From: Lama glama | Lineage: Eukaryota | DNA: 64,000 nucleotides | Direction: 5' to 3' | NCBI GenBank assembly: GCA_028534125.1 | Contig: CM052816.1 | Coordinates: 42,968,001-43,032,000 of the forward strand | Shown: piece after piece, positions 38,478 through 51,405 of the stretch | How positions within the stretch are numbered: position 1 is the first letter of the stretch | Layout: every line of letters starts with the position of its first letter | The notes under the pieces: model-generated | The model's input: only the letters and a program-made list of their open reading frames with translations | Told to the model about the DNA's origin: nothing | Databases searched by the model: none | Position numbers and translations under genes: made by a program

Positions 38478-38845
38478 TGTGCCTTAGTTTGGGTACCCCC
38501 AGAAGCTGATTTAGTGACAAAGATTCAAATGCAAGTAGTTTATCTTGTGAGGTACAGGAACCAGCATCAGGGAAGGGGGGCATGTGAGTCAGGAGTGAAA
38601 GGAAGCTGAGAAGGGGCATGTTATTGAGGGCAGTGGAACTGGGAGCAGAGCAGAATCTCTGCCTCTGAGTTATTGAAGTACCTAGACATCAATGCCAGCA
38701 CCCATTGGCTGAGGGCTGTTCCAGGCACCTGTGGGGAGGGGGAGGTGTGGTTTGGAAGAGAGACTGCAGGTGGAGAGATCAGATACCTACACTGAAGTGC
38801 TAAAGCCTGAGGGATAGGAGTAGAACCCTAACAGCTTCTGTGACA
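38478..38845 (-). mobile_element. ERVL LTR16-like solo LTR
   Basis: tgtgccttagtttgggtacccccagaagc...agattcaaatgcaagtagtttat...aacagcttctgtgaca. Confidence 0.65.
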
Positions 38846-39529
38846 GGGTATATACTCAAATAGGGTTATTTACATGCCTGTCCAGTAGCACTGAAAGTAG
38901 GAAATCAGACCAGGAATGAGTAGACGGATTGTAGCCTATGCTGGAGAATTGTTTCAGAAGCTTACATCATTTTTAAGCTGAAAGAGATCTTAGAGGGAAA
39001 CTAGTCCTATTTTTTTTTCATTTTGCTAGTGAAAACCTGAGGCTTTGAGGGCTGCCGATGGTGACAGAGTAGGAACAAGTCAATCTGGTAGCTTTTCTTG
39101 GTTTTGGTTACAGAGTGACGATACTGTCTCTCTTGTGGACAGGCTTTCCTCATCAAAAATGCTGTCTTCATTTGGCTTTTAAGTTGGTCTTTGTGAGATG
39201 GGTCAGGCCAATAGATATGATTGTCCCCATTTCAGAGACTGAGAGGAAATGAGGGCCTGAAGGCATCTGGCCCAGTGCCAGGAGCTGGGACAGCAGCCAG
39301 GGCTCCACTGGTGAGTGAGCTTCTTAAGTGCCATTTAGTTGGCCTTTAACTCAGTCCCAGAAATGTTGTTTTTGTGCTTGCATTTATGTCCTTGATCTCA
39401 TCAAGTGGAAGTTGTGGTTCTGCCCAAGATAATCTTGGTGCTCACTCAAGGTAAGGATGTGGATCGGTGCATGTTTTGAGGCCCTTTCAATTATTTTATT
39501 CTATTTATTTATGCATACATTTAAAATGA

Positions 39530-40260
39530 AAGTTGTCTGGCTTTGGAACCTCGTAGACCTAGGATCTGCTAATTACTGCTAATTGCTCAATGAGTGACCT
39601 TGTAAGATCACTTAACATTACTTGGTTCCTTCATCTATAAAATGGGGTTGCTGTGAGAATTACATATAGTAAAGTGTGCAAACCATTTAGCACGATGCTT
39701 GAATACCCCACATCCAAACTATGGCTCGTCCTCTCAGTTCTACCTTCAAAATATCGTGTATCTAGAATTTCACAGCTTGCACCATCTCTCATCTACCACC
39801 TAGGTCAAAGCCACTATTGTCCCTTACACATTTATAGTGACAGCTCCTATTTAAAGTTTGTTCCCACTCATTCCCTTTCACATTTTATTGTCAACGTAGA
39901 GGCCAGAATGAGTCTTTTAAAATGGTTGGGTTACAGAGGAACTCGACTCAAAGCCCCCCAGCAACTTCCTATCCCATCCAAGTCCAAAGTCCTCATTGGT
40001 GACCATAATGTCCTGCATGATCTGGACCTTAGCCATCACTGCAATAGCGTCTCCTCCCACTCCCCTCTTGCTCTCTGTTTCAGCTATTTTGTCTTTCTTG
40101 CTGTTTCTCAAGCTGAAAATGTTCCTGCCTCAGTCTCTTGGTACCTAATGTTTCCTCTTCCTGGAAAAATTTTCCCTCAGATTCACTACTTGGTTTCCTC
40201 CCTCATTTCCTTTGGGTTTCTGCTCAAATATTACTTATCCATCACCTTTCCAGCCTCCTG
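39530..40260 (+). mobile_element. MIR followed by an L2 fragment
   Basis: MIR core gtgaccttgtaagatcacttaac...tcatctataaaatgggg. L2 motifs ctaccttcaaaatat, gttcctgcctcag, tctgctcaaatatt. Confidence 0.75.
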
Positions 40261-41304
40261 TATATCACTGTGTAATGCATATATTAATTTTATATTCATT
40301 CAAGCAATAGATGCTCTATAAATATTTAAGATAGTTAGTAAATTGTAATAAAATGAATAGTTAACATTTCTTGAAGTTTTGCTATGCACCATGAATTTTG
40401 CTTTCCTTTGCAGGTGGCAATCTATCTTCTTAGTGTACTCTGTCAGCTGCTATAGATCTTAGCTCAGATGATGCTTCCAACAAATCTTCCTTGATCAGTC
40501 AAGCCAGAAGTGATTCTTCACTCTTCTGTATTCCTTCAGTGATCAATTCTTACCATTCACTTTTCCCTTGGGTTTTAGAGTTTTTTAAAAATAAGTGTCT
40601 TTTCTTGAATATAATAAAACATTTGATGGCAGAGATCACTATATCTAGTGCAACTTTATGTGATACACAATTTGTAGGGCAGCCTCTCATTTTAGACTCC
40701 ACTTTAGTTACTTGGGAAAAGTTAGATATGATCTTTTAAGTTCTATAAGTGAATTCACATTCATGCACAAGGTTATTTGGGATCATAGATATCAGAACCC
40801 GAAATGTCAGTTAGTATGTTCAAGGCAAAATTAGGTAGAAGGGAAAAATGAAAACATTAAGCTACAAAAATCAATTAAGGGCATCATTAAAAGACTATAT
40901 AAATATAAAGTTGAATTGTGTAGAGTTATCTCCCTGGGTCTGTGGCTCCTTGTTTCATATAAATATGACAAACTTGACATATTTATAAAGAGTTTTGCTA
41001 AGAAGTGGTGATAATTTCTTCTAAATATGCTATAGTAATCCTATATTTCTTTATATATCTTCTCTGTGCTTTCATTTACTATGTCATAGAAAAACTAATA
41101 AGAATATTTTTCTTATGTTGCAGAGAGGACTTCTGGATATTGCAGTTTCTATTTTGGCCTATCAGAGTAGCTCTAGATTGAGGTTATATTTTGTGGTCGC
41201 GGTATTTTCAGTATGACTGTCACGTGGAAAAGCCTCAAGCATTGAGTGAAGTCCTTTTTCACTTAATCCTTAAAACAGCCCTGTGAGGCAGTTATTAGTA
41301 AATC

Positions 41305-42055
41305 ATATCACATCAGTCCCATGCTTAAAAACCGCCTAATGGCTCCTGGTTTCACTTACAGGAAACTCAAGTTCTTACTATGACTATAGGACCCACCCCC
41401 ACCAGGACTCTGCTCATTTCTTCCCTTCCACCTCTTACCAGCTCTGCCCACGTTGTTCCACTTTGTTTGGAGTGGTTCCATCTGTCCTTGAACATGCCCA
41501 GCCAACCTGCTTCCTGCCTTGGGGCCTTTGCACCTCCTGTTCTTTCTGCCTGGAATGCTGTAATCAGATCTTTCAGTGCCTGCTCTTTGTCCTCATTAAG
41601 TCTCAACTCAAATTTTAGCTTCTCAGAGAAACTCCCTGTACAGGCAATGTTAAAATAAAACAAAACAACCCTCTGTATGGGATTGTCAGATTGAGTAAAT
41701 AAAAATACAAAACACCCAGTTAAATTTGATATTCTGAAAGCAAATAGTATTTCAGTGTGTCTTGTGCAATATTTGGGATATACATATACTCAAATATTGT
41801 TGTTTATTTTAAATTTGAAATTTAAATTTAATTGGGTGACCTGCAATTTATCTGGCAACCCTACCTCCATAGCCACTCTATTATGATATCCTGTTTTATT
41901 TTCTCCATGGGACTTGTCACTATTAGAAATTCTGTTCGTTTGGCTTTCCCACTGGAAGATGGGCTCCAAGAGGGTGGGGCCCTGTTGGCCTTGTTGGCAG
42001 CTGTATCCCCAGAGGCTATCATATTGCTCAATAAATATTTGTTAAATATTTGTTA
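41305..42055 (+). mobile_element. L2 3' end interrupted by MER53
   Basis: ggggcctttgcacctcctgttctttctgcctggaatgct ... ctgtatccccag...tgctcaataaatatttgttaaat. Confidence 0.8.
41678..41863. mobile_element. MER53 palindromic hAT MITE
   Basis: gggattgtcagat...aaataaaaatacaaaacacccagttaaatttga ... tttaattgggtgacctgcaatttatctggcaaccct; 8-bp TSD cctctgta/cctccata. Confidence 0.85.
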
Positions 42056-43218
42056 TAAATGTAAGGAAAACAGACGAACAGAACGCTTAAAGAGGTTGGT
42101 GACACGTCCAGTGCATAGTGCTAGCTAGATGAGACTGGAATCTGACAGTGCGGTGTCAAAGCTCTTCCGAGTTTTCCACCTTTCTAGGTGCGGAAGCAGT
42201 GGAGGAGTGAAGGGACAGTGTCACGTGTCTTTCTAGAGGCTCTCGGTAGAATCAGAAGACCCCTGGAGCAGTAGATTTTGGTAGAAACAACGTAAACTAA
42301 AAAACCTTTCCCATTTGCTTTGCAACGAAGCAAATGAAGTAACCAAAGGAAAATGCACTTAAGTGAAAAGAACAAGATTCTCGGCATTTGGAATGGGGTC
42401 AAAGGCAGTGCGCATCCTCCACGTCTTCGTCCACGTTAAACTCCCTGCAACTTTAGGGCTGGCTTTATTGTCACATTCCGGAAACCTCTAGACCTTGATC
42501 TCAAGAGAAACTAACGGCACAAGCAAAAAAAGAGCAGGGAGTGGCGGATACGGACGAAGTCAAGACAGAAGAAATCAAACTCTGGTCTTGGACACAGGGC
42601 GCTCAGCGGAGTGGGGACAGCCGCGTTCAGCCTCAGAACTCGGTCGGGTTCACCTCTCGGTGCGGACACTGGGTGTTCCACAGGACCCACTGAAGGCGCA
42701 TAATCTCCACTCTACCTCACTTTCATCGGAATCAGAAGATCGCCAGCGGGCGTGTCCAGCGGCCGACTTAGAGCGAGCTGCGTGGGGAACTGTGGCCGGA
42801 TCCTGGGGAGCAAGCTGGCTTTGGTCCCTACCTAGCTCCACCCAGGAGCTGGAGGATGGTCCAGGGGCGCTCCCGCGGGGCTGCTGGTTCTGTCTTCAGC
42901 CCGATCCTCCCAGTTGTGTGAGTCGTGCGCTCCCTGTTCGGAGGTAGCCGCCCCCGCCGCTGACAGGTGCTGCCCGGGAGACGTCGTGTGCGGTCCCTGG
43001 CGCAGCTGGACGCGCACTCCCGGGAGCGTGTAGCTTTCCCGAGCCCGGAGCCTGCGAGGAGAGGGAAGCAGGGCGCGGCCTGGGGGACTCCAGTGGGCTG
43101 GAGCCGCGGAGCTCCGAGCTAGAAACTTTGCTGTGGCCGAGATTCGGCCACAGAGTCAGTCCACCCCGGCAGGTGCGGGAGGAAGAGGCGGCGCCGGAGT
43201 CCCGCGGCCGGAGAGCCT

Positions 43219-43238
43219 CGGCGGCGGCGGCGGCGGCG
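43219..43238 (+). repeat. (CGG)6 repeat upstream of the MCTP1 ATG (probable 5'UTR)
   Basis: cggcggcggcggcggcggcg seen directly. Confidence 0.9.
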
Positions 43239-43409
43239 TCTACTCCCCGCTCTGGCCTGAAGCCGCCAGGCACTCCCGGCTTCTGCTGCTGCGTCCGCCG
43301 TCGTCGCGGCCACCGCGGGGCTCCGGGAGGAGGCGCAGCAGGAAAGGGCGGAGGAGAAGGAGGAGGAGGGGAGAGGAGGAGCAGTGGGTGGAGGAGCAGG
43401 GGGTGGAGG

Positions 43410-44132
43410 ATGGAGCCCCGGACTGCCGCGGCGGGCTCGCCCGAGCCTGCGGCGGCGTCCTCCTCCTCCTTCCAGGCCCGGCTCTGGAAGAACCTGCAGC
43501 TAGGGGTGGGTAAGGGCAAGGGCGGCGGGAGCGGGCGCGCTGGGGGCCCCGAGCGCCGCACTGCGGGCACCCCATCGCCTTCCCCGCCACCCCCGGGGGG
43601 CAGGCGGGACGCACTGGCCGGCTTGGGTGGCGCGGGAAGCAGGTGGAGCGGCTTCAAGAAACGGAAGCTAGTGCTGGACCGCGTCTTCTCCTCCTCTCAG
43701 CCCAACCTGTGCTGCTCTTCGCCGGAGCCTCTCGAGCCCGGCAGCGCTGGCAGAGCCGAGCAGGGGTCCACGCTGCGTCGCCGGATCCGCGAGCATTTGC
43801 TTCCCGCGGGAAAGGGGCCGGTGGCAGCGGCGGGAGCAGCCAGAGTGACGCCTCCTGGCGGACGCTCGCCGGACTCAGCTCCTTCTTCGTCCTCTGCCTC
43901 ATCTTCCTTGTCCTCCTCGCCCCAGCCGCCCCCGAGAGGGGACCGCGCCCGCGATGAGGATGCATGGCGTCGGGGCCCCGCGGCGCACCTGTGCCATCAG
44001 AAGAGTTCCTCCCTGCCGGGCACCGCCAGCTTGGAGCAGCTTCTGGAGCCGCCGCCTCCTCCGGCAGAGCCAGCATTGAGCCCAGGAGAGCCGCGGACCC
44101 CGGACAAGGGCGAGGAGCTAGGCAGTACCCGG
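43410..44132 (+). CDS. MCTP1: MCTP1 (multiple C2 and transmembrane domain-containing protein 1), first coding exon, 241 codons; the gene continues beyond the window
   Basis: Translation MEPRTAAAGSPEPAAASSSSFQARLWKNLQLGVG...RWSGFKKRKLVLDRVFSSSQPNLCCSSPEPLEP...STLRRRIREHLLP...HLCHQKSSSLPGT matches the recalled mammalian MCTP1 N-terminus. Strong Kozak context (A at -3, G at +4). Ends at a consensus donor CGG|GTGAGT (44132/44133), phase 0. Confidence 0.95.
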
Positions 44133-45769
44133 GTGAGTGACAGGTGGGCGCGGCTGGAGTCTAGGTGTGCAGGGCCACGCTCCCCGCCCCCGCTTTGGGT
44201 AACCTCGACCCCGGGAGTTGCACGGGGATAGGGGTGCTACCAAGTAGATAAAACAGTGAAAAGAAAACGTCCCGCCCCTGCTGAGTAGAGTTCTGACTTG
44301 CACTCTGACTTTACTTTTGACGGAAATAATACTGCGAGAAGCTGTTTGGGTAGCTTTATAGTTGCCAATGAAAGTGGAAGTATTAATGGTAGCCGAATAG
44401 GAGAGGAAGAAAGACTTAAAGTGGAGGTCTCCTAAAAGGACTGTCCAGCTAAGTCTCACCTTGTCAACAGTCAAAACAAACCCAGCAAATTGCAGGGAAA
44501 AAAACCCAGAAATGCGGAGAGGTGAGTTAATGGCAAACATGAGGTCCTGTCTTGGGGAAACCCTTTAAGTAGAAGTCTGCTCATCTTCCCGCACTCCCTT
44601 TTCAAAACTTCCTGCTGCCAGTGGATCGCTGCCCAACAAGTGGGCAGCTTGAGCGTCTCTTCCGAGTTGGTTGAACAGATATTTCTGTGGCCTAAGTTTT
44701 AATAGCCATCTGAAGCAGTTGCGTTTAAATTACTCTGTTTTATCCATCATGTTGACTCGTTGGTCAGGCAAGAGTCAAGTAAAAAAGTACTTGTAGAATC
44801 TGTAAAGCGTTCCACTGAGCTACTGCTTTTATTCCTTCGGTTTTGTGGGGTTTTGTAGAGGCGATGTTCTCCTTCTGTAGGTGTTTATGAAATCGTGTTA
44901 ATGAAATATCTTGAAACTTCCATTATGCCAGGGACCTAAAGAACTCTCTTCGTCCAATACATCTTGGTTTATTTAAATTCTCATTATTTTGACTCTGATT
45001 AATTGTCAGATTAATGACATATACATTAAAACTTCAATTAGATTAAAAGTTGGTTCACAAAAATCAATGCTAAGTGATAGGAGTAGGTGAGCTTTCACTT
45101 GAAAATTTTTATAGTTTATTGGCTAATTTACTAGTATAATTTCAGAAAATAAACCAGAATACTAGTATGTTTTGTTGTTTAATAAACACAATTGCTTGCA
45201 GTAATCTGATATTACTGATGCTCTAGAAAAAGTTTTCAGTTATTCTCAGAAGAGTAGGCAGAGATAATAGTGATAAAAAGCCTAAATAAACCTACCTTTC
45301 CTTTTATCTTGAAAGAGCATTGAATAGAACTCCTGTTCTGGTTCCAAAAGTAAGGTAAAAAATGATTTTAAAAGGATGCTTTAAATTCAGTGTAGAAGAA
45401 TACAATGTTTTAAAGTATTTATTTTTGAGTGTATATATAATCATAATGTATAAGACTTTTAGAGTTAGGGTACCTGTTTACATTTGTTTTTATTAACTTT
45501 TAGGATCAAGAATAGTAAAACATAATAATTGAATTATTTTGGAAGGTAAATATATTGCTACAGATGTTAAACTTCCTAAATGACCTTGCAGTTCACTGAA
45601 CCAAGATATTTTCAAAGCTAAAAGAGAAGACTCAGAATTCATCTTTATTTTCATTTTTACCAAAACATTTTCAGATACTATCAATCTCTACTTAAAAAAT
45701 ACTGCTATGTAATTATGAATTTTTGTCTACAAAAGACCAAAATTCATCTTGAGAAGATACTAAACAAAC

Positions 45770-45945
45770 ATTATTGTGTGTGCCTTCACTATAAGTTGGG
45801 CCCTTCATATGTGATTTAATCCTCACAGCAGTCCTATATGATAGAAGTTCTTGTTGCCATTTTATAGATTAGGAAATCAGTGCTCAAAGAAATTAGATAA
45901 TCTTCCCAAGGTCACATGGTGAACATATGACAGAGAGAGGTTTTG
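45770..45945 (-). mobile_element. MIR SINE
   Basis: atttaatcctcacagcagtcctat...cattttatagattaggaaat...cccaaggtcaca. Confidence 0.8.
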
Positions 45946-48900
45946 TCATTCTCTGTAATGTTTTTCCATCACTACAGCTGTGTCTAACAACTTTTAGAAC
46001 TTTTTACATTTCTGAGACAACTTGAGTGCTATTAATGAATACTTGCAAGTTTACATATATTCTGGATTCCTAGAATCAGTTCTATGATGGATTAGCTGAA
46101 TTAATTTGTTCTTTGTTCTCTGTAATGCATTGTTGCATGTCTTTTATGTCATATTTACAAATGACATTACTAATCATACCACTTGTAGTTCTAAAGAAGT
46201 TTTTCATTATAAAGAACCAGCATTCCAAGGAAGTCACAGGGGGAATAAAAAAGCCAAAATACCTTTCAAAGAATAGACAAAAGGTGGAGTGTAGGCAGGA
46301 AAATAAGCCCTGAGGCTTTATTGTTGATTCCCTGCATCTACTTACTACTCATCATGGAGCCTTGTTCCCTGAGAGGTAGTCAGTTTTCTCTGTAACCAGC
46401 ACTTTCTCACCAGTGCAGAAGAGAGGATTCCTCAGTCCTCTAAAGACCTCTATGCCCAACTTGCTTACCACTCTAAATGGGGAGAAGGAAGAAATGAAGT
46501 TGGAACCAGGAACTGGGAGAGGACTCACTAAGTGTAGGTGTCTGGGTGTAGGCTTAACTCCGCAGCGCCCTTCTGAGCTTCCTGCATGTCTCAGAGGTAT
46601 TTCCTGGCTCTCCCAGCACCTCATCTCTGAAGAGACCTGGGCATGGGGAGGGAGCCTGAAGCACATGCATATTTCAGTTTTATTCACAGTTCACAGGCAC
46701 AGATGGGAACACATAAAAGAAACGACACTGAACGCATTAAATCCATCTTCAGATTGCCTAGATAAAAAGAACTTTCTTTCAAGAAAGAGAGAAAATTCAT
46801 TGCAAAATAAGGCAAGTTGCTCAATTTCTCTTTTGTTCTCTGCTGGATCCTGGCATCAGCCATATTCTCCAACACTCTCCCCACGTCTCCACCCCCCCAC
46901 CCCAGCAGGAGGCCCCAACAACATATGTGCACACACTCTGACACTGGGTGGAGATATTAAGCAAAAGTAAAAAAACATTTTGGACTGCTAGGGAAAGAGA
47001 TTTGGAAGTTACTGATGTATAATGATTACAACCGAACAAACCAGTCTACCTCCCGTGCCCCCATCAGCCCTCTCGCTAAGATGTTTTCTTTAGCCAAATA
47101 TACCTTTGAAACACACTTTAACAGACTTAATAATGCCTTGCCATTGTGGGCATGTGCATTCTTTAAAATGCTCTGCTTTGAAAAAAAAAGGAAAAAAGAA
47201 ACCCCTTCCTTCCTACTGATTCTAGTTCACATGCTGGGCCATATTGTCATACCAGATGCATTTCATTTTCTGCAACACAGTTGGGAAAGATGCTTTCTCA
47301 ATTTGTGTGCATATCAAAAAGATGCCAATTTTATGTATTCTGTCTTGATGAGTTACTAAAATTATACTTTGCTAGAATCAGAAAGTCTGTATTTTAAGAT
47401 AAAGAGTGAGGAATGAATATGTTGCATATTTTTTAGCATTTATTGAAAGTGTGTAGTGTTTATGAATTTTAAACCTTTGTTTTTTTCAAATTCATTTTGA
47501 TAAAGTTGCTTTCATAGAGTAATAAAAATGCTTTTGAAAAAAATGGGTAAAATATTCAGGATATGCTAGAACTGTTTCAAAACATAGTAAGAGGAATATT
47601 CATTCATTGGGGTAAAATTCCTAAAATGTATATAAAAGCCCAAACAAAAAGTGGATAATGTTTTCTAAGATTGTCTATACATGAAGTAAATCTTGCTTTA
47701 TTAATTATCTGACCTTTAAAGAAAGCCTATATTTTCGAAAACTATTAAAATGTGATTTGGATAAGTTTTGCTGTTTTTCAGGTGTCTTTAGTATTACTTC
47801 AAGGCACATAATTGTCTTGGGGAAAGCAAATATTAAAAAAAAAATCCTAATGTAAGTAACTAAACCCATTAAAAAAAACCCCTAATAATCGAAAAAAATA
47901 AGTTCCTGAAAGAAGTGTTAGTAGCTTTTTCAAAGTGAAAGAGTGAGGATGAGATCTTAGAACATTTTGGAGCAGGGTGTAAAGTTTGATGTGTGATTGC
48001 CTTCTTGGAAAATATTGGGATCTTCAAGTTATCCCAGAGAAAAGGGCGTAAACAGTGATAGGTTTACTTAGGAGTGGAATGGTTTCCTGTAACCTTTAAT
48101 TACTGTCAGGTTTGAGTAGAGCCATGAATCTTGTATAAATGCAAGTGTTATTGTGTAGATATTGTATAAGGATAACTTGAAACATATCTCAGTCAACACT
48201 AGCAATTGCTGTGCTATTACAATTGCTGAACAGTATATTAAAATTTTGCAGCTGCCATCATTACAAGTAAGTGGCTGTTGAAAAAATTTACAAGGGCTTT
48301 GCTCATCCTTTTCATTTAAGATGTAAATTATTTTCCTTGCAGTGATGGCAAAAGTAGCCCCCAATTAACCCAAGCAGTACTGGTGACATCACAGCTTCAC
48401 ATCATAATGAAAAAAATCTTACATTACTATTGGCAAGTATGTGCACATTGTCATGAAAAAGTGAATAAATACTTTGAGGGATAAAATAAGATTAATGGAT
48501 TCATAAAAACAGGACGAATAGTCCCCCCTTTTTTTGCACCATTGTTTGGAAATATGAGATGATTTCACAAAATTAAAGGTTAATAATACATCTTTGATAC
48601 CCTCAAGGAAACATGTAGTATAGTTTCTGCACTCATAATGATTATCGAACTTTACCAACTCTAGATTGATGAAGAGTAAAGAACCTATGTGTAGATAACA
48701 TTGTAAGCATTGACAAAATCTGCAGATTCATAAGTTAGGATCATATATTTTTTAGTTAAATGATAATTATTTATAGTATTATAGAGGACATCTGTTTTAG
48801 ATAAGCAGAAATTAATTTTTTGAAATCTAAAAATTTTTTGTTTTTGCTTTTTAAATTTTGCTTAAAACTTACTACAAATACAGACTATCTTCCTGCCTCA

Positions 48901-50745
48901 ATAAACCAAGCATCCTAAATAAAACCCTTTCTTGATAGCCGAGGGTCATTGCTTGAATACTGGCTCTTTTTTTTTTGGGTTTGTTTCATGTGAATGAAAT
49001 AGATGTTGTCCTAGAACTTGCATTAGATAAGCTTGCTTGTTTTCATAAAATTACAGTGTAAAGCATACTATTTATGATAAGCTTATCTTTTTATAAAGTT
49101 AATTATTGAAAGGTATGAGACACTCTTCCTCAAGTCATTTGTTCACTGGCCAAATAATCTTTACTGTCTGTGTGAATTTTGATTTGTTGCTACCATTGAA
49201 AATATCTTTTTTTTTTCCTGCCTGGTTAACTTTATGTGCTGTCTTGATTTCTTTGTCATTGTCAACCTTTTCTTCTAATTTACATTGCTTTTTATAAGTC
49301 AGGTGTGGAAAATGATCATTATACCTCAACAATTCAAGATTGCATGCAAATAGATTTCCCTCTCCAAAGTATACAAAGTTTCTTATCATTAGAAAAAATT
49401 TATTAGTAAAATAACAGGCCACAATTTCCCCAATGTTTCCAAATATTCATATTTAATACTAGTCTGAGAGCAAGCAACATGAAAAACTGTATTTTCAATA
49501 TAATGAGATTTTAAAGTCCTACATACTACCTTCTTGAGAGAACAATTTTCCTATGAAATCTCTTTGGAGATATTTTATCCCAGCCTCACTTCCCATACTC
49601 TTTGGTCCTAGCCAGTCTGGAAAATTACCTCACATGATAGGCAAGTGGAATTCTGGACATTTGAGGGTCAATGCATCCTCCTAATCCCAAGGGTTTTATT
49701 CAGAGGAGCCCCTTCAGTATTAGCAGTCTCACCCTATTTTGCACTGCTAGAGTAGAATTTGGCAAGCCTTAGTACAGTTGACCTATTTAATCAGCATTGT
49801 AAAAAGGTTCAGGAAAAGACTACTTGATAAATGTTGCTGAATGAATGAAGGGGTGAATGAATGGGCTAACGCTGTTCACAGATGAATTCTTTTGGAAAAG
49901 TTTCAAAATCACTTTATGGTTGTGTGATGATGAGCTTGCCCTCTTGTTTCCAAGTGCTTTTAAGCCTTGCAAATGTATTTGATGTTCCCCTCTTCTGCCA
50001 GCTACTGGCTTGGCTTTTCTCAGCTTATACTTTAGTTCTGGTACATGTCTGAGGGCATGAAGGGAGGACATGATGCCTACCTAGATGGTCACCTGTGGTC
50101 ACATTGGGCATGGGGGAGTGATTTCTACTTCTGCAGTCTCTGGCTCAGGGATGCATTTCTTGGTGCTGGTCTCTGACTTCAGGTATCTATTTTTGCCCCC
50201 AAATCTCCTTGTCTGGCTTCTGATATTGCACCCCCACACCTGGATTCCCGACAACTGTTGACATATGCTCACTCACTTATAATCTCTGAGTCTTGAACTC
50301 TGCTTGGATCTTACCTCAAGATACTTTTCTGCCTACTTCATTGCCCTTCTCCTCAAACCCATCTCCTTGAACTAGATGAAAATCCCAATCTTAATGAAGA
50401 ATCCTGCCCTCACTACTGTGGTCAGGCAGTCAGCGAGTTGCTTTTCATAGTGACTGCTTGTCTGATGCTGAGTTTATTCACAGAACACCAAAGCCTCTTT
50501 CAGAAGATCTGCGTTGCCCGTCAACTGCAGTTTCCTATAGAGGGCGTTCCTTCCTGTGGTGCATTGAACAGCGCTGTTCATTGTCTCTGTCCCTACTTCC
50601 TCTTCTCCTGTTTTCAAAACTCTCACTGTGCCTAATCTTTGACAGCATCACCCTCTCCCTTAGTCCTGCCTGCTTTCCTTCCCCCATAATATTCTTTCTC
50701 TCTCTGCTTGCAGGACGATTTTTGTAACTAACCATTTAGCATCTG

Positions 50746-51071
50746 GAGCTATGCTGGCCCTTATGACAGCCACTAGCCACATGTGGCTACTGAGCCCTGG
50801 AAAGGTGGCTGGTTCAAATTGAGATGCTTGGAAAGTGTAAAACACACACCAGGTTTTAAAGCCTTAATTTAAAGAAAAGAAAGTAAAATATCTCGTTACT
50901 AATTTTTATATTGCTTGCATGTTGAAATAGTATGGTGGATATATTGGATTAAATAAAATATATTATTCAAGTTAATTTCACCCATTCCTTTTCATTTCAA
51001 AAAAGTGTGGCTGCTAGAAATTTTTAAATTATGTATGTGACTCACAGTTTTATTTCTATTGGCCAGCACTG
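50746..51071. mobile_element. MER33 hAT-Charlie element
   Basis: agccactagccacatgtggctactgagc...gtgtaaaacacacacc...atattggattaaataaaatatattatt...tttctattggccagcactg. Confidence 0.85.
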
Positions 51072-51079
51072 ATCTAGAG

Positions 51080-51405
51080 CAGGTGTTCAAACTCCATTGC
51101 CAACAGGGGCCATCAAAGTAAAGAAAATGAGCAAAGAGGGTTTGATGGGGGCCCGTGGTGAAGGAGGGAGCCAGTGCCTGTTTGAGGGGCAGCTGCTTCT
51201 CAGTTCCAGCTGATTATCGTCATGCAGTGAAAGAAGCAGGGTTGCCAATGTGTCTAGATTCTTTAATAGAAGCCAAAACTCTAGACTTTTAAGTGAAACG
51301 TCTAGAATCTTGAATTTTTGGCAAATAACTCGCTTTTAGAAAAGCGCAACACTGGCCAAGTAAGGTATAGCTCGTGGCTGAATTTAGCTATCGCTTTGAA
51401 CTTCT
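51080..51405. mobile_element. MER102-like hAT element
   Basis: caggtgttcaaactccattgccaacaggggcca...gggcagctgcttctcagttccagctgat...gggttgcca. Confidence 0.6.

Larger units (their letters stand above)
42540..44290. promoter_or_regulatory. CpG island: MCTP1 promoter, 5'UTR and exon 1
   Basis: Abrupt rise in GC content and CpG density against a CpG-depleted background. GC-box-like motifs. Surrounds the MCTP1 ATG. Confidence 0.9.

Noticed and set aside
39653..40321. 222-aa ORF
   Set aside because: Non-ATG start, runs through MIR and L2 remnants; chance open frame.
42600..42640. Possible REST/RE1 site (tcagcgga...ggacagcc)
   Set aside because: Left half-site is a poor match and the spacing is non-canonical.
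42896..43657. 253-aa antisense ORF and other overlapping ORFs in the CpG island
   Set aside because: Low-complexity Pro/Ala/Gly/Arg frames are expected in very GC-rich DNA overlapping a real exon; no recognisable protein.
44133..44231. 3' tail of the 367-aa ORF
   Set aside because: Lies past the consensus GTGAGT donor; intron read-through, not MCTP1 coding sequence.
46413..46970. 185-aa intronic ORF
   Set aside because: GTG start, no recognisable domain, no resemblance to MCTP1 C2 domains.
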